From positions 1 through 35,403 of the IMG/VR virus record IMGVR_UViG_3300020042_002516: DNA of 35,403 nucleotides, one strand, 5' to 3'. The stretch is from a virus (lineage: Duplodnaviria > Caudoviricetes). This document shows positions 16,231 through 25,600 of the stretch, in pieces (the first letter of the stretch is position 1; the number at the start of each line of letters is the position of its first letter). The notes beneath the pieces were generated by a model. It had not been told where the DNA came from and searched no databases. It saw nothing but the letters and a program-made list of their open reading frames with translations. Made by a program: the position numbers and the translations under genes.

Positions 16231-16397
16231 TGGAAGACGTACTGCCAATTGTTTTGGTGATCTGGGGCTTTGCTGCCTGGATCACGCACATCGTGGTCTG
16301 CCTTCAGACCGCAGCCTGGGGCTTCCTGATCGCAGGAGCCATTTTGTTTCCCATCGCCTGGATTCACGGAACCGGCGTCTGGGTTGGATTTTTTTAA
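16230..16397 (+). CDS. Small membrane protein (55 aa, below ORF-track cutoff)
   Basis: MEDVLPIVLVIWGFAAWITHIVVCLQTAAWGFLIAGAILFPIAWIHGTGVWVGFF; TGATG overlap. Confidence 0.65.
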   Translation: MEDVLPIVLVIWGFAAWITHIVVCLQTAAWGFLIAGAILFPIAWIHGTGVWVGFF

Positions 16398-16406
16398 GGA
16401 GCAATT

Positions 16407-16649
16407 GTGTTTATTTCTAAAGCCGAAAAACTTGATCTTATGCTGCGCGTGTCTGTGCTGGAAGCAATGCTTGAAACCATGCGCATGGAGCACAAACTGA
16501 AAAAAGAAAAGCAGCGTGAGTCGTCCAAAAGACACTACGAAGCAACTAAGAAGCCCCGCAGATCTCAGTCACCTGAATCTCGTGCTCTTATGAGTGAGCG
16601 CATGAAACAGGCGTGGGTGGCCAGAAAAGCTAAGGCGGCAGCGCAATGA
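16407..16649 (+). CDS. Small basic protein
   Basis: AAGGAG RBS with GTG start; C-terminal SPESRALMSERMKQAWVARKA basic helix. Confidence 0.6.
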   Translation: MFISKAEKLDLMLRVSVLEAMLETMRMEHKLKKEKQRESSKRHYEATKKPRRSQSPESRALMSERMKQAWVARKAKAAAQ

Positions 16650-17416
16650 GCATCACAGCAAAAGAGCCTCGCGCAAGCGAGAGCAATCACTGGTACACCC
16701 GAGATGGCATCCCTCGGTACACGGTGATCGGCAAGAACGGCAAGGAGCGCAACACCACGCTTCGTGACGCTCGAACCGAAAGCCTTGTGCCAAGCGTCAC
16801 CACGGTCCTGAACGTGATGGCCAAGCCTGCACTCATCCAGTGGCTGCAAAAGCAAGTGCTGATGGCCGCGCTGACTCTACCTCGCATTGACGGTGAGCCG
16901 GAGGATGACTACATCGCCCGGATCATGACCGACAGCAAGGAGCAGGGACGCAAGGCCGCAGACGACGGCACGGCCATCCATGCCTCAATCCAGGGCTTCT
17001 ATGAGGGCACAGTGACCTTGCTCCACGAGGAGCATATCAAGGCCACTGTAGCCGCTCTGGACGCCTCCTTCGGGCAGCAGCCGTGGATTGCTGAACGGGC
17101 TTTCGGTCACAGCCATGGCTTTGGCGGCAAATGCGACCTGCACAGCACCATTGGTGAAGGGATTGTGGCCGACATAAAGACTAAGGAGTTCAGCGACCCT
17201 GACAAGGTTGACCTCTACGATGACCACCTCATGCAGTTGGCCGCTTACCGTGTCGGCCTGGGCATCCCTGCTGCACGCTGTGCCAACGTGTTCGTCTCTC
17301 GCAGTGTGCCTGGGGTTGTCGTCGTAAAGGAGTGGGAAGAAAAAGATCTCAAGCGCGGCTGGGCCATGTTCTGCGCTTTATTGCAATTCTGGCAACTCAA
17401 AAATCAACACACATGA
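16646..17416 (+). CDS. PD-(D/E)XK exonuclease (Cas4/RecB-like)
   Basis: VPSVTTVL...GTAIH...E...FGGKCDL...DIKT...QLAAY. Confidence 0.85.
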   Translation: MSITAKEPRASESNHWYTRDGIPRYTVIGKNGKERNTTLRDARTESLVPSVTTVLNVMAKPALIQWLQKQVLMAALTLPRIDGEPEDDYIARIMTDSKEQGRKAADDGTAIHASIQGFYEGTVTLLHEEHIKATVAALDASFGQQPWIAERAFGHSHGFGGKCDLHSTIGEGIVADIKTKEFSDPDKVDLYDDHLMQLAAYRVGLGIPAARCANVFVSRSVPGVVVVKEWEEKDLKRGWAMFCALLQFWQLKNQHT

Positions 17417-17628
17417 AATCCATCACCGCGTTTGAGACCACTGACGGCAGGATATTTGCAAAAATGGATGATGCTCAAAAGCATCAAATGTTCTTGTCAC
17501 AAGGCGATGTCGTCGAGAGTTTTTTGGGGAGCGAGAGCAACCCCTACACGGGTCATGCACACATGACGATGGCCCGCAACACCATCATCAACTGGGAACA
17601 CTGGAAGGTTACAAATGAAACTAAGTGA
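17413..17628 (+). CDS. Hypothetical protein
   Basis: MKSITAFETTDGRIF...DAQKHQ; ATGA overlap. Confidence 0.6.
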   Translation: MKSITAFETTDGRIFAKMDDAQKHQMFLSQGDVVESFLGSESNPYTGHAHMTMARNTIINWEHWKVTNETK

Positions 17629-17836
17629 AGAACTGGTCAAGCAAGTCTTTTTTTACAGCGACGAGAAGCGGCCAGATCCGCTGATCGCTGACGAGGTAGA
17701 CATCTTGCAGTTTGCTGAGAAGTTGGAGGCCGTGATCCGGCCCATGATTGCGGCAGAGGAGCACAAGCGCTGTGTCACCATCGTGGCCCACATGAACCAA
17801 GAAGTGGCCAAGGCTCTGGCAACACAGCTTCCGTAA
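17615..17836 (+). CDS. Hypothetical protein
   Basis: 73 aa; last gene before the convergent terminator. Confidence 0.6.
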   Translation: MKLSEELVKQVFFYSDEKRPDPLIADEVDILQFAEKLEAVIRPMIAAEEHKRCVTIVAHMNQEVAKALATQLP

Positions 17837-17866
17837 AAAGACCCCCTACCCTTTTGAGGTAGGGGG
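17835..17866 (-). terminator. Intrinsic terminator at the convergence of the two transcription units
   Basis: Stem ccccctacc (17842-17850) / ggtaggggg (17858-17866), 7-nt loop, U-tract on the minus strand (aaaaa 17835-17839). Confidence 0.75.
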
Positions 17867-17927
17867 CTGGAAGTACCGTAGGCAACTGCAAAGCCACGGC
17901 AATCCAAGCGTGGAGGAGTCGCTTGAA

Positions 17928-19610
17928 TTAGGGGGTTACTTGAGGCTCCATGCCAAGTTTGTTGCGTATGTAGTTCTTGAGTTCCTCGTTGTACAGCATC
18001 TCGTACAAAGCGCTTGAGCCTAGAGCCGCTGGCACAGTAATCCTTTGCTGAGGCCCTGGGATCATTGAAAGAGCACCAGTGCCAGCACTTGCACCCTTGA
18101 GGAAAATTTTTCCCAAGCTTTGCTGATCCGCTGGCTTGTTCATCTCATGCGCAAGTTCAGCTACATCAAGTCCGGTAGAAACTCCGGCCAATGGACCTAG
18201 AAGCGGTCTTAATGCCCTTCCAGCAGCATTGGCAGCAGGCTCTAGTGGCCTTATCATTTTTGTAAACATATCATTCACAGCAGCAAGCCCAGACTTTGGC
18301 GGTGCAGGGGGCCGCAGCGACAAATCATCTGGAACCGCACCCGCCAGCACCGAAGGGATAGGTGGGGGCGCAGCCGGTACGACAGCCTTTGGCACTGGCG
18401 GGATGTTTAAGCCTGACTTTGGGCCAGTCCTTGTCTGAAATGGTTGCGGTGGTCGCGTTCCTGTGGTTGGAGCGGGTTCAGATCTTGGATACAGAACGCC
18501 AGATGGCGTGGTTGTCAGACCATGTTGCGCTGCAAAAAACTCTGTAGCATCTTGCCCAACAACTCCCAAATTTTTTAAAACGTCAACCTTATCGGTTGCA
18601 ACATTTTTACCAGCGGCACGTTGGGATGTCTCAGTGTTGTAACCCTCCCCGCTTTGTCTACCGGTGACACCAAGTTCTTTAGTAGTTCCCTGCTGGACTC
18701 TGACCGCCTGTGGTGTTGGCCCAGAACCGCCGGTAAGGCCCCCAGGAGGCGTGCCAGCAGGCGCTGCCACCCCGGCAGCAGGCGTAGCCACCCCGGCAGC
18801 GGTGGATGCCGCATTGGCCGGATTGGCGGCCTTCAGAGCGGCCAGACGCTCTGCTGCTTGCTGCTCCCTGAGCAAAGCAGTCCTTGCGTTGGCTTCATCA
18901 CGGCGCATTTGAATTCTGGCTCGCTCCTCTAAACCCGCCCGCCTGACGGCATTAGCATCATCGTTCTTCTTCATGAGGCCTCTGCCAGTAAAGGCCGTAC
19001 CAGTGCCCGCACCAACAAGACCATAGAGCATCCTGTCACGAGGATCAGCAGTAGAAGTGTCTGTGTAGGGCGCAGGCTTCGGCTCAGGGGGCGGAGCGCC
19101 AACAAGCGTCAATCCATCTTCACCGGGAGCCTCACCGCCGGGAGCTACATTGCTAGAACCAGCTTCAGCGGCCTCGGCTGCTCCAAACGTGCCGTAACCG
19201 TTCAACGCCCTGACGTAATCAAACACGCGGGGGTCTGGCTCTTTTCCCGTCCTGAGCGCCTCAAGTGCGCCGGGACCACCGTTGTAGTAAATGGCCGCAA
19301 GCTCAGGGCTGTTCTCTGCTGCCTGAAGTCCTTGCTTCAAATACTGAACACCGGCCTTGATGTTCTGGTTTGGGTTCGACAGTTTTTTCTCGTCGTAGCC
19401 AAGGCCCATGCCAGTTTTTGGCATCACCTGCATCATGCCAATTTCACCGCTTTTGCCGCGAGGCGTGTTGGTGCGAAGACTGCCTTCTTTGTACGCAATT
19501 GCAACCGCCAAATAAGGGTCAACACCAGCTTCAACGGCGAATCGAGCAACTTTTTCTGCGTTTTGTTTCTGCTCTTCGTCAAGACTGCCAAGAAAATTTA
19601 ATTTGTCCAT
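17928..19610 (-). CDS. Virion ejection-type protein with N-terminal lytic transglycosylase (SLT) domain
   Basis: GVDPYLAVAIAYKEGS...GEIGMMQVMPKTG...NIKAGVQYL...AAIYYNGGPG...YV; long Ala/Pro/Gly-rich remainder. Confidence 0.85.
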   Translation of the reverse strand: MDKLNFLGSLDEEQKQNAEKVARFAVEAGVDPYLAVAIAYKEGSLRTNTPRGKSGEIGMMQVMPKTGMGLGYDEKKLSNPNQNIKAGVQYLKQGLQAAENSPELAAIYYNGGPGALEALRTGKEPDPRVFDYVRALNGYGTFGAAEAAEAGSSNVAPGGEAPGEDGLTLVGAPPPEPKPAPYTDTSTADPRDRMLYGLVGAGTGTAFTGRGLMKKNDDANAVRRAGLEERARIQMRRDEANARTALLREQQAAERLAALKAANPANAASTAAGVATPAAGVAAPAGTPPGGLTGGSGPTPQAVRVQQGTTKELGVTGRQSGEGYNTETSQRAAGKNVATDKVDVLKNLGVVGQDATEFFAAQHGLTTTPSGVLYPRSEPAPTTGTRPPQPFQTRTGPKSGLNIPPVPKAVVPAAPPPIPSVLAGAVPDDLSLRPPAPPKSGLAAVNDMFTKMIRPLEPAANAAGRALRPLLGPLAGVSTGLDVAELAHEMNKPADQQSLGKIFLKGASAGTGALSMIPGPQQRITVPAALGSSALYEMLYNEELKNYIRNKLGMEPQVTP

Positions 19611-19619
19611 GTGGGCACC

Positions 19620-21542
19620 TTATGGTTTGCTCCGACCTTTAGCAAGCTCTTTCTGAATTCTTTCTAAAGCCGCTTGGTTGGCCGCCGATTGTGGTGTTCC
19701 AGCCTGTGCGGCAGGGCCGGGTCTTGCAGCACCTGATTGGAACATCTGCGCTCCAAGCGCAATAGCACTAAGTTGCTTGTCATATTCAACACGCATTTTT
19801 AAATACTCATCAGATTCTTTAAATTCATCAGCGGTCAACTTTGATTTTTTCCACTCTCTATAGGCTCTGCGGTCAAATTGAGCACGCCTTGTTAGAAGGT
19901 CGGCCTTCATTCGAACTGCGTCAGGCGTGTCCTCGGTACTCACGCTTGCCGCACCAAACAACTCTTGCTCAAAATTGCTAACAGCCCCCTTCGCGTACTT
20001 GGCCATCTGAAGCCGCATTTGCTCAACAGTCTGTAGAAAAACTCTGAATTTTGCCTGTTGCGTTGTACCCAAATCGGCGTTACGCATAGCAGTCTCAATT
20101 CCAGGGATTGCAACTCTTAAATCGGTTGTGCCAATACCTGTTTTTAAGAGAGTTGCAATTTGAGAAGAAACCTTGGAATTACTTAAAATTCCGGTCATTT
20201 TGTCAGCATCTGGGTCTTTAGAAAAATCTCGCAGCATGGTTGCTGTCGTAATTGTGTCTGGAGCTTCATCCGCTCTTTGGGCAAAGGTTTTGCGCTTCTC
20301 AACCTCAGCTTGCGTGTCGGCTTTTGCAATTTCTTGCTCTCTTGCAACCTTTGCCGCAAGATCTTCTTTTGACAATATGCCAGGGGCGGCTGCCGGACCT
20401 GCGGCAATGGGTTTTGCGGCAGTGGGCTGCGCCACAGAAGCCGCACCAGTCGCAGCAGCGGCAGGGTCGGGCCTAACGGGAGTGGCAGCTTGTTTGGGCA
20501 CATCAGCGGGAGCAGCAGCCTGACCAACCAAGCCAACAGGAGCAGCAGGCTCGGCGACGGGCGCGGAAGGCGCAGCACCGGGTGCCACAGCCGCAGATGG
20601 TGCAACCCTTGCAGCATTGATAGGTGCAGTCACGGCAGGAGTCGTACCAGCAGAGGCATCACCAGTGGGGGTTGCGCCAGAAGCCTCACCAAAGGGATTT
20701 ACGAGACTTTTGGCAAGTGCCATATAGCCCTCTCTGTCACCGGCCTGCCGGAAATTGCTCAAGCGCAATGCGTCAATCTCTGCAATTTCAAAAGTTCGGC
20801 CAGGGTATCCATAAATTTGGGTACTAACCGTTTTATAGTTTGCTGGATAATAAATTCCTTCAGAAAGGTTATAAGCCCCAGTATCTTTGACTTGTGTGCG
20901 GGCATTCCGGATGGTCTCCCAATTTTTGACTGCTTCAGCCGGGTCCATGCCGCCTGAAATAGCAAGGGCTATATACTGTTCTTCACTGATTGGTTCTTCG
21001 CCAGCCGGGGCAAACCTCACTCCATATTTAGGCTCTCCAGGCACTCCAGGTTTTTTAGTAGGCGCGGCTTGCGACAAACCTCCTTGCGGCGCGGGAGATA
21101 CAGCAGCGTCGGCCTGTGCTGAAGAAGGCAAAGCGCCGAACTGCGCGGGTTTGTCACCTGCGGCCTCTGGAAAGGGTGAGCCTTTGTTCCGGTTAAGAAT
21201 CCCCTGAACCAGCGCCTCCCTGTTCTTTAGGCGCTGAAGCTCTACGCCTCGGCCAGTAACGTCAACGCGCTGCTGTGCAATGGCTTGGTCTTCCGCAATC
21301 TGCGCCTCTTGGGACTTCGCAATGTTTCCGGCTACGTTGCCAAGGGAGTCGAAGAAGTTGCTTGTCCCAGGCTGCAAGAAGCCCTGAGCGGCTGCAAGCA
21401 GGGTTGGCTCAAAGAAACGGTTCTTGCGTTGGTCAAGTGACTGGGTCAGTTTTGCAAGGGCGTCCTGATAGGCGCGATTGGCCTCTATTGAAGCCGGATC
21501 TTGACCGGGGGCGTAAGGGGAGGTCTGTGCTTTAGTTGACAT
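19620..21542 (-). CDS. Putative internal virion/ejection protein
   Basis: 640 aa, helical and Ala/Pro-rich, KGAVSNFE motif; position in the ejection gene block. Confidence 0.6.
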   Translation of the reverse strand: MSTKAQTSPYAPGQDPASIEANRAYQDALAKLTQSLDQRKNRFFEPTLLAAAQGFLQPGTSNFFDSLGNVAGNIAKSQEAQIAEDQAIAQQRVDVTGRGVELQRLKNREALVQGILNRNKGSPFPEAAGDKPAQFGALPSSAQADAAVSPAPQGGLSQAAPTKKPGVPGEPKYGVRFAPAGEEPISEEQYIALAISGGMDPAEAVKNWETIRNARTQVKDTGAYNLSEGIYYPANYKTVSTQIYGYPGRTFEIAEIDALRLSNFRQAGDREGYMALAKSLVNPFGEASGATPTGDASAGTTPAVTAPINAARVAPSAAVAPGAAPSAPVAEPAAPVGLVGQAAAPADVPKQAATPVRPDPAAAATGAASVAQPTAAKPIAAGPAAAPGILSKEDLAAKVAREQEIAKADTQAEVEKRKTFAQRADEAPDTITTATMLRDFSKDPDADKMTGILSNSKVSSQIATLLKTGIGTTDLRVAIPGIETAMRNADLGTTQQAKFRVFLQTVEQMRLQMAKYAKGAVSNFEQELFGAASVSTEDTPDAVRMKADLLTRRAQFDRRAYREWKKSKLTADEFKESDEYLKMRVEYDKQLSAIALGAQMFQSGAARPGPAAQAGTPQSAANQAALERIQKELAKGRSKP

Positions 21543-21551
21543 ATTATCTCC

Positions 21552-22673
21552 TTACCCTCCCAAAGACCAATTGCCGTCAGCATCTTGAGTTAATCCCCAC
21601 GACTCGTAAAGCTCATCATTACTTCTGGAATCTGCCTCTGGCCCGGTTCCACCAGAAAATGAGGGGTTGCCATTTTTATCCAAACTCATTGCAAGTCCAC
21701 CACCCAAATCAAGGTAGTTACTTTTGCCAGACAAAAAGTTAGACAAACTTTCATATGAGCCGCCCGATAATAGTGACTTTAAGGTATCAAACCCTGTGCC
21801 TTTTGCAGCAGACCCAAGGAATGAAACCAAGGCACCAGCCCTTTGAGCATCAGACATCTGGTAATAATCTTTTGACTTTGGACCCACAGCGGTTTTTGTC
21901 TGATCCACCGGCAGCGTCAACCCCTTCATGAGACTGGACGCTTCTTTGGCCATTGACAGCGGTGCATCAAGCAAGCTCTGCTCGTACTTCTGGCGCTCTG
22001 CACCGGCTTTGGTCAATGCACCAGCGCCAGCGATGCCAAGATCTTGCTCCTGCTTGGCAATGTCGGCCTGCGTCTTGGCCGCTGCGTTCATCAACTGAGC
22101 CTCATCCAGCGCACCCTTCAAGGCTTGGCCGTAGCCCGCCGAAAGAGCGCCAGTCTGCTGGCCTGTCAGGTTGGCTTGCATGTCAGCCAAGCTCTGTCCA
22201 AGCGCTCCGGCGTACCTCTGGCTACCCAACCCTCCAGTGCCCACAAAACCCGCCTTGAGGCCCGGCAGAAGGTTGCGCTCCATGTTCTGGTTGGTCAGGC
22301 GTGCCATCTCGTTGACCACGTTGGTGGTGTACGGGTTTAGCAGCGCCTGTATACGCTCAGGGGTGATGCCTTGAGCCGCCCGGCCCGCAGTCTGACCGGC
22401 AGCAGTCAGCCCAGGCTGGTACGCGCCCACAGCCGATTGAAGCTGGTTGTAGCCCAGGCTCTGCATCGGGTCGTAACCGGCAACAAGGTCTGCGCCGGTT
22501 TTGAGGACGGTCGTTTCTTTTCCAGCCACATCCAACGCTCCCGGCTTGGTCAGAGCACCAGACCCGGCCTTGGCTATATTTTCTAGGTAGGTCTGGTAAC
22601 CAGCAGGAGATGTGTCCTTGGTGGTCGTCGTCTCAGTGACGTCGGGAAGCGGGGAGCCTTGAACAAATGACAT
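21552..22673 (-). CDS. Putative DNA-transfer/ejection protein
   Basis: Gly/Ala/Gln-rich; LNPYTTNVV...GFVGTGGLGSQR...GYGQAL, typical of podovirus pilot proteins. Confidence 0.65.
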   Translation of the reverse strand: MSFVQGSPLPDVTETTTTKDTSPAGYQTYLENIAKAGSGALTKPGALDVAGKETTVLKTGADLVAGYDPMQSLGYNQLQSAVGAYQPGLTAAGQTAGRAAQGITPERIQALLNPYTTNVVNEMARLTNQNMERNLLPGLKAGFVGTGGLGSQRYAGALGQSLADMQANLTGQQTGALSAGYGQALKGALDEAQLMNAAAKTQADIAKQEQDLGIAGAGALTKAGAERQKYEQSLLDAPLSMAKEASSLMKGLTLPVDQTKTAVGPKSKDYYQMSDAQRAGALVSFLGSAAKGTGFDTLKSLLSGGSYESLSNFLSGKSNYLDLGGGLAMSLDKNGNPSFSGGTGPEADSRSNDELYESWGLTQDADGNWSLGG

Positions 22674-22675
22674 TT

Positions 22676-25600
22676 TTATCTCCTGGCCTTTGTGGATTTT
22701 TTACCCTTGAGGTAATCCAGCGGTGATTTCTTTGCGGGAGGGGGCAGATCCTTCGGCTTGGCTGACCTGTGATACGACCTGATGGAGTGCATCATGTCGT
22801 AGAGTTTATCGCTTCCAGCCTTGGTTGAGCCATTTCCAAGCGCAGCAACCACGTCAGCCGGGAACACAAACTCACCATCCGCAAGCATCGCAGGGATGTC
22901 GTCAGACTGGCCATCGCCAGGGCCGGTCACCGCATCTCCCTTGCGGAAGTCAACCCGCTGCTTGCCGCTGTGCTGAACCACGTTCAGACCACCACCAGCG
23001 TACTGCCCATAGCGGGTGCCACCAGCGGCCATCAGAGGCACAGCCAAGCCGCCCTGGTTGTACTGGAGCGCCCCATCCATCGGCTGGTCTGTGGGAGCCT
23101 GACCGAACTGCGGGTACAGGTTGTTGTCAATGTCAGACTGCTGGCCGTAGCTGAAGTAGTCCGAGCCACCCTGGGGGTAGGTCAATCTGTCGTTCATGTT
23201 TCCCGCCTGTTGCTGCTGTGGCTGTTGTGGCTTCGGAGTAGATGACTCCGTTGCAAGTTTAAGGAATTGATCCAAGGGGCCTTGGAATTTTGTTTCTGCT
23301 GGCATATCAGGCAAAGCCCCTCTCATGACGGGATCGTCGTTGATTGATGGAGCGGTAACGATTGGCCGCTCCGAAGTGGGAAGCAAAAACGGGATTGTCG
23401 TGGCAGTCCTTCTGACTGGCGTGCTCCCACCGCCACCGCCACCCCCGCCTCCACCGCCGCCACCGCCTGTGGTTGCAGCCGGTTCACATAACCCGGTTGT
23501 AAGGTTCCGGACTTCACCTATTTGGCACTCTTGCGTCTCAGGCTTATCTTCGTCAGACACGCACAAGCCAGTGCCGTCGTCGTGAAACCCTGGCTCACAC
23601 ACAACTGGCTTAAGCGGCTCGGGATCAACAACAGGATCAACAATAAAAGGCTCTGGCGGTTCAGGCGGTTCGGGATCGACGACAACACTTTCAACAGGGC
23701 CTAAACCGTCTTCAACAATAACAGGTGTAACTTCAACTCGATCATTACCCACAGTAGGAGTCAGCCCGAGCAAACCATCAAGGGTGTCATCTCCCGTTCC
23801 AGCCTTAAGGGTGTCGTCACCAACAACAACACTTTCAACGGGGCCTAAGCCGTCCTCGACGATAACAGGTGTAACTTTAAGTGGGTCAACTTCAGTAGGA
23901 GTTAATCCAAGAAGAGTGTCGAGGCGCTCGGCCTCAATTCTGGCTGCCTCAACAGCCTCTTGGCGCACTCTTTCAGCCTCAGCCTGTGCCTCAACAACGA
24001 TTGCCGCCTGCCGCTCTGCCTCATCCTCCGCTTCTTGAGCAAGCCTCTCAGCCTCCGCTTGGTCTTCAGCCTCTCTGGCAAGTCTTGCGGCCTCAGCAAA
24101 TTCTCTCTGTCTGGCCGCTTCGTTTTGGGCCTCCAGCCTCGCCTCTTCGGCCAGCCGCTCAATTTCCTGTTGTCGCAATATCTCAGCCTCAGCCTCTTGT
24201 TGGCGAACCCTCTCGACCTCAATGCGCTCGGCATCCAATCGTGCAGCTTCAACCCTTTCGGCCTCTACACGTTCAGTCTCAATTCGTTCAGCCTCAAGGC
24301 GTGCCGCTTCTGCTCGTTCAGCCTCTAAACGCTCTGTTTCCAACCGTTCAACCTCAGCCAGTGCAGCAGCCTCCTTGGCCAACTCTGCCTGCCGGTCAGC
24401 CTCTTCTTGCCTTAGCCTCTCAGTCTCAGCCGCCTCTTGGCGCAGACGCTCGGTCTCAGCCTCCTGCTGACGCACCCGCTCCGCTTCCTCTTGGCGCAAC
24501 CTCTCAGCTTCAGCCTCCTGACGCACACGATCAGCCTCGGCCTTGGCTTCAGCAGCAATCACAGCCTGACGGTCAGCCTCATCTTTGGCATCTTTGGCGG
24601 CTTTTTCCGCTTCAGCTTGATCCTCGGCCTCCTTAGCCAGCCTTGCCGCCTCTGCTATCTCAAGTTGCCGTGCGGCCTCTTTTCTGGCTTCAATTTGAGC
24701 CACTTCTGCTTGGCGTTGAATTTCTTCTTGACGCGACACTTCGGCAGCGGCCCGTTCAGCCGCCAGCCTTTCAGCCTCTATCCGCTCGGCCTCAACTGTT
24801 GCGTCAGAGATTGCCTTCTCAAGGTCGGCTTGTACTTCCTGATCGCCAGCTTTTAAGGCTTCATCAACAGCTTGTTGTTCACTTCTACCCGCTTCAGCCG
24901 AGGATAAGCCAAGCGCAGTTTCTTCCACTGGCTCATAGTCTGAATTTTCTTCCTCTTTGCCTCCGAAAATAGAACCATCTTCATTCGGGTCTGCCCGCTT
25001 ACCAATAATTGTGATGTCTGGCAATGGCTTGTTGGCATCAAGTACCCCAATTTGATTTGCAATATCTCCGGTTCTTAATGGACGACCCAGCAAGTCTTCA
25101 AGCGTATTCAAATCTACAGTTATGCCACCTCCAGCCACATCCGCAGATGGGCCAGAAAGCAAGTTGCCTACATCACCGATGTTCTCTGGCGTGTAAGTTG
25201 TGGCAGCAAGGTTATTTGCTGGCATCTCAAGGGTGGTTGAATCAACCGGTGCCCCACCAAAATACTTGCTGCCAGAATCTTTCACACCAGCCAAGACAGT
25301 GTCAAAACTTTTGACGTTGTCCGGGGCCGCCGCCAAGGTGGTGCCCAGAGACTCCTCTGCGCCTCCAAGAAAGTTCTCAGAGTTGGGGTCAACCAGATCA
25401 GCCACAAAATTGGTGTCAACAACATCTGCAACCCTTTGGCCATCTGCATCAAGCGTTGTGGTCGGGCTGTTCAGAGCCTTCTGTATGTTTGGAGCAGTTC
25501 CAAAACCCACTGCCGCCTTAAATATGGCGGTCGGGTTCTCGCTCTCTATGGCCTTGACAAGGTTCACTGCCTTCATGGCATCAGACACCGTCAGGCCAGT

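Noticed and set aside
16646-17416. Cas4-like nuclease as a sign of CRISPR
   Set aside because: No repeat-spacer array or other cas genes; its position near the SSB-like gene fits a phage recombination exonuclease.
22780-22950. Tape-measure-like motif implying a long-tailed phage
   Set aside because: The adaptor, nozzle and ejection gene set is podovirus-like and no tail tube, sheath or baseplate genes are seen.
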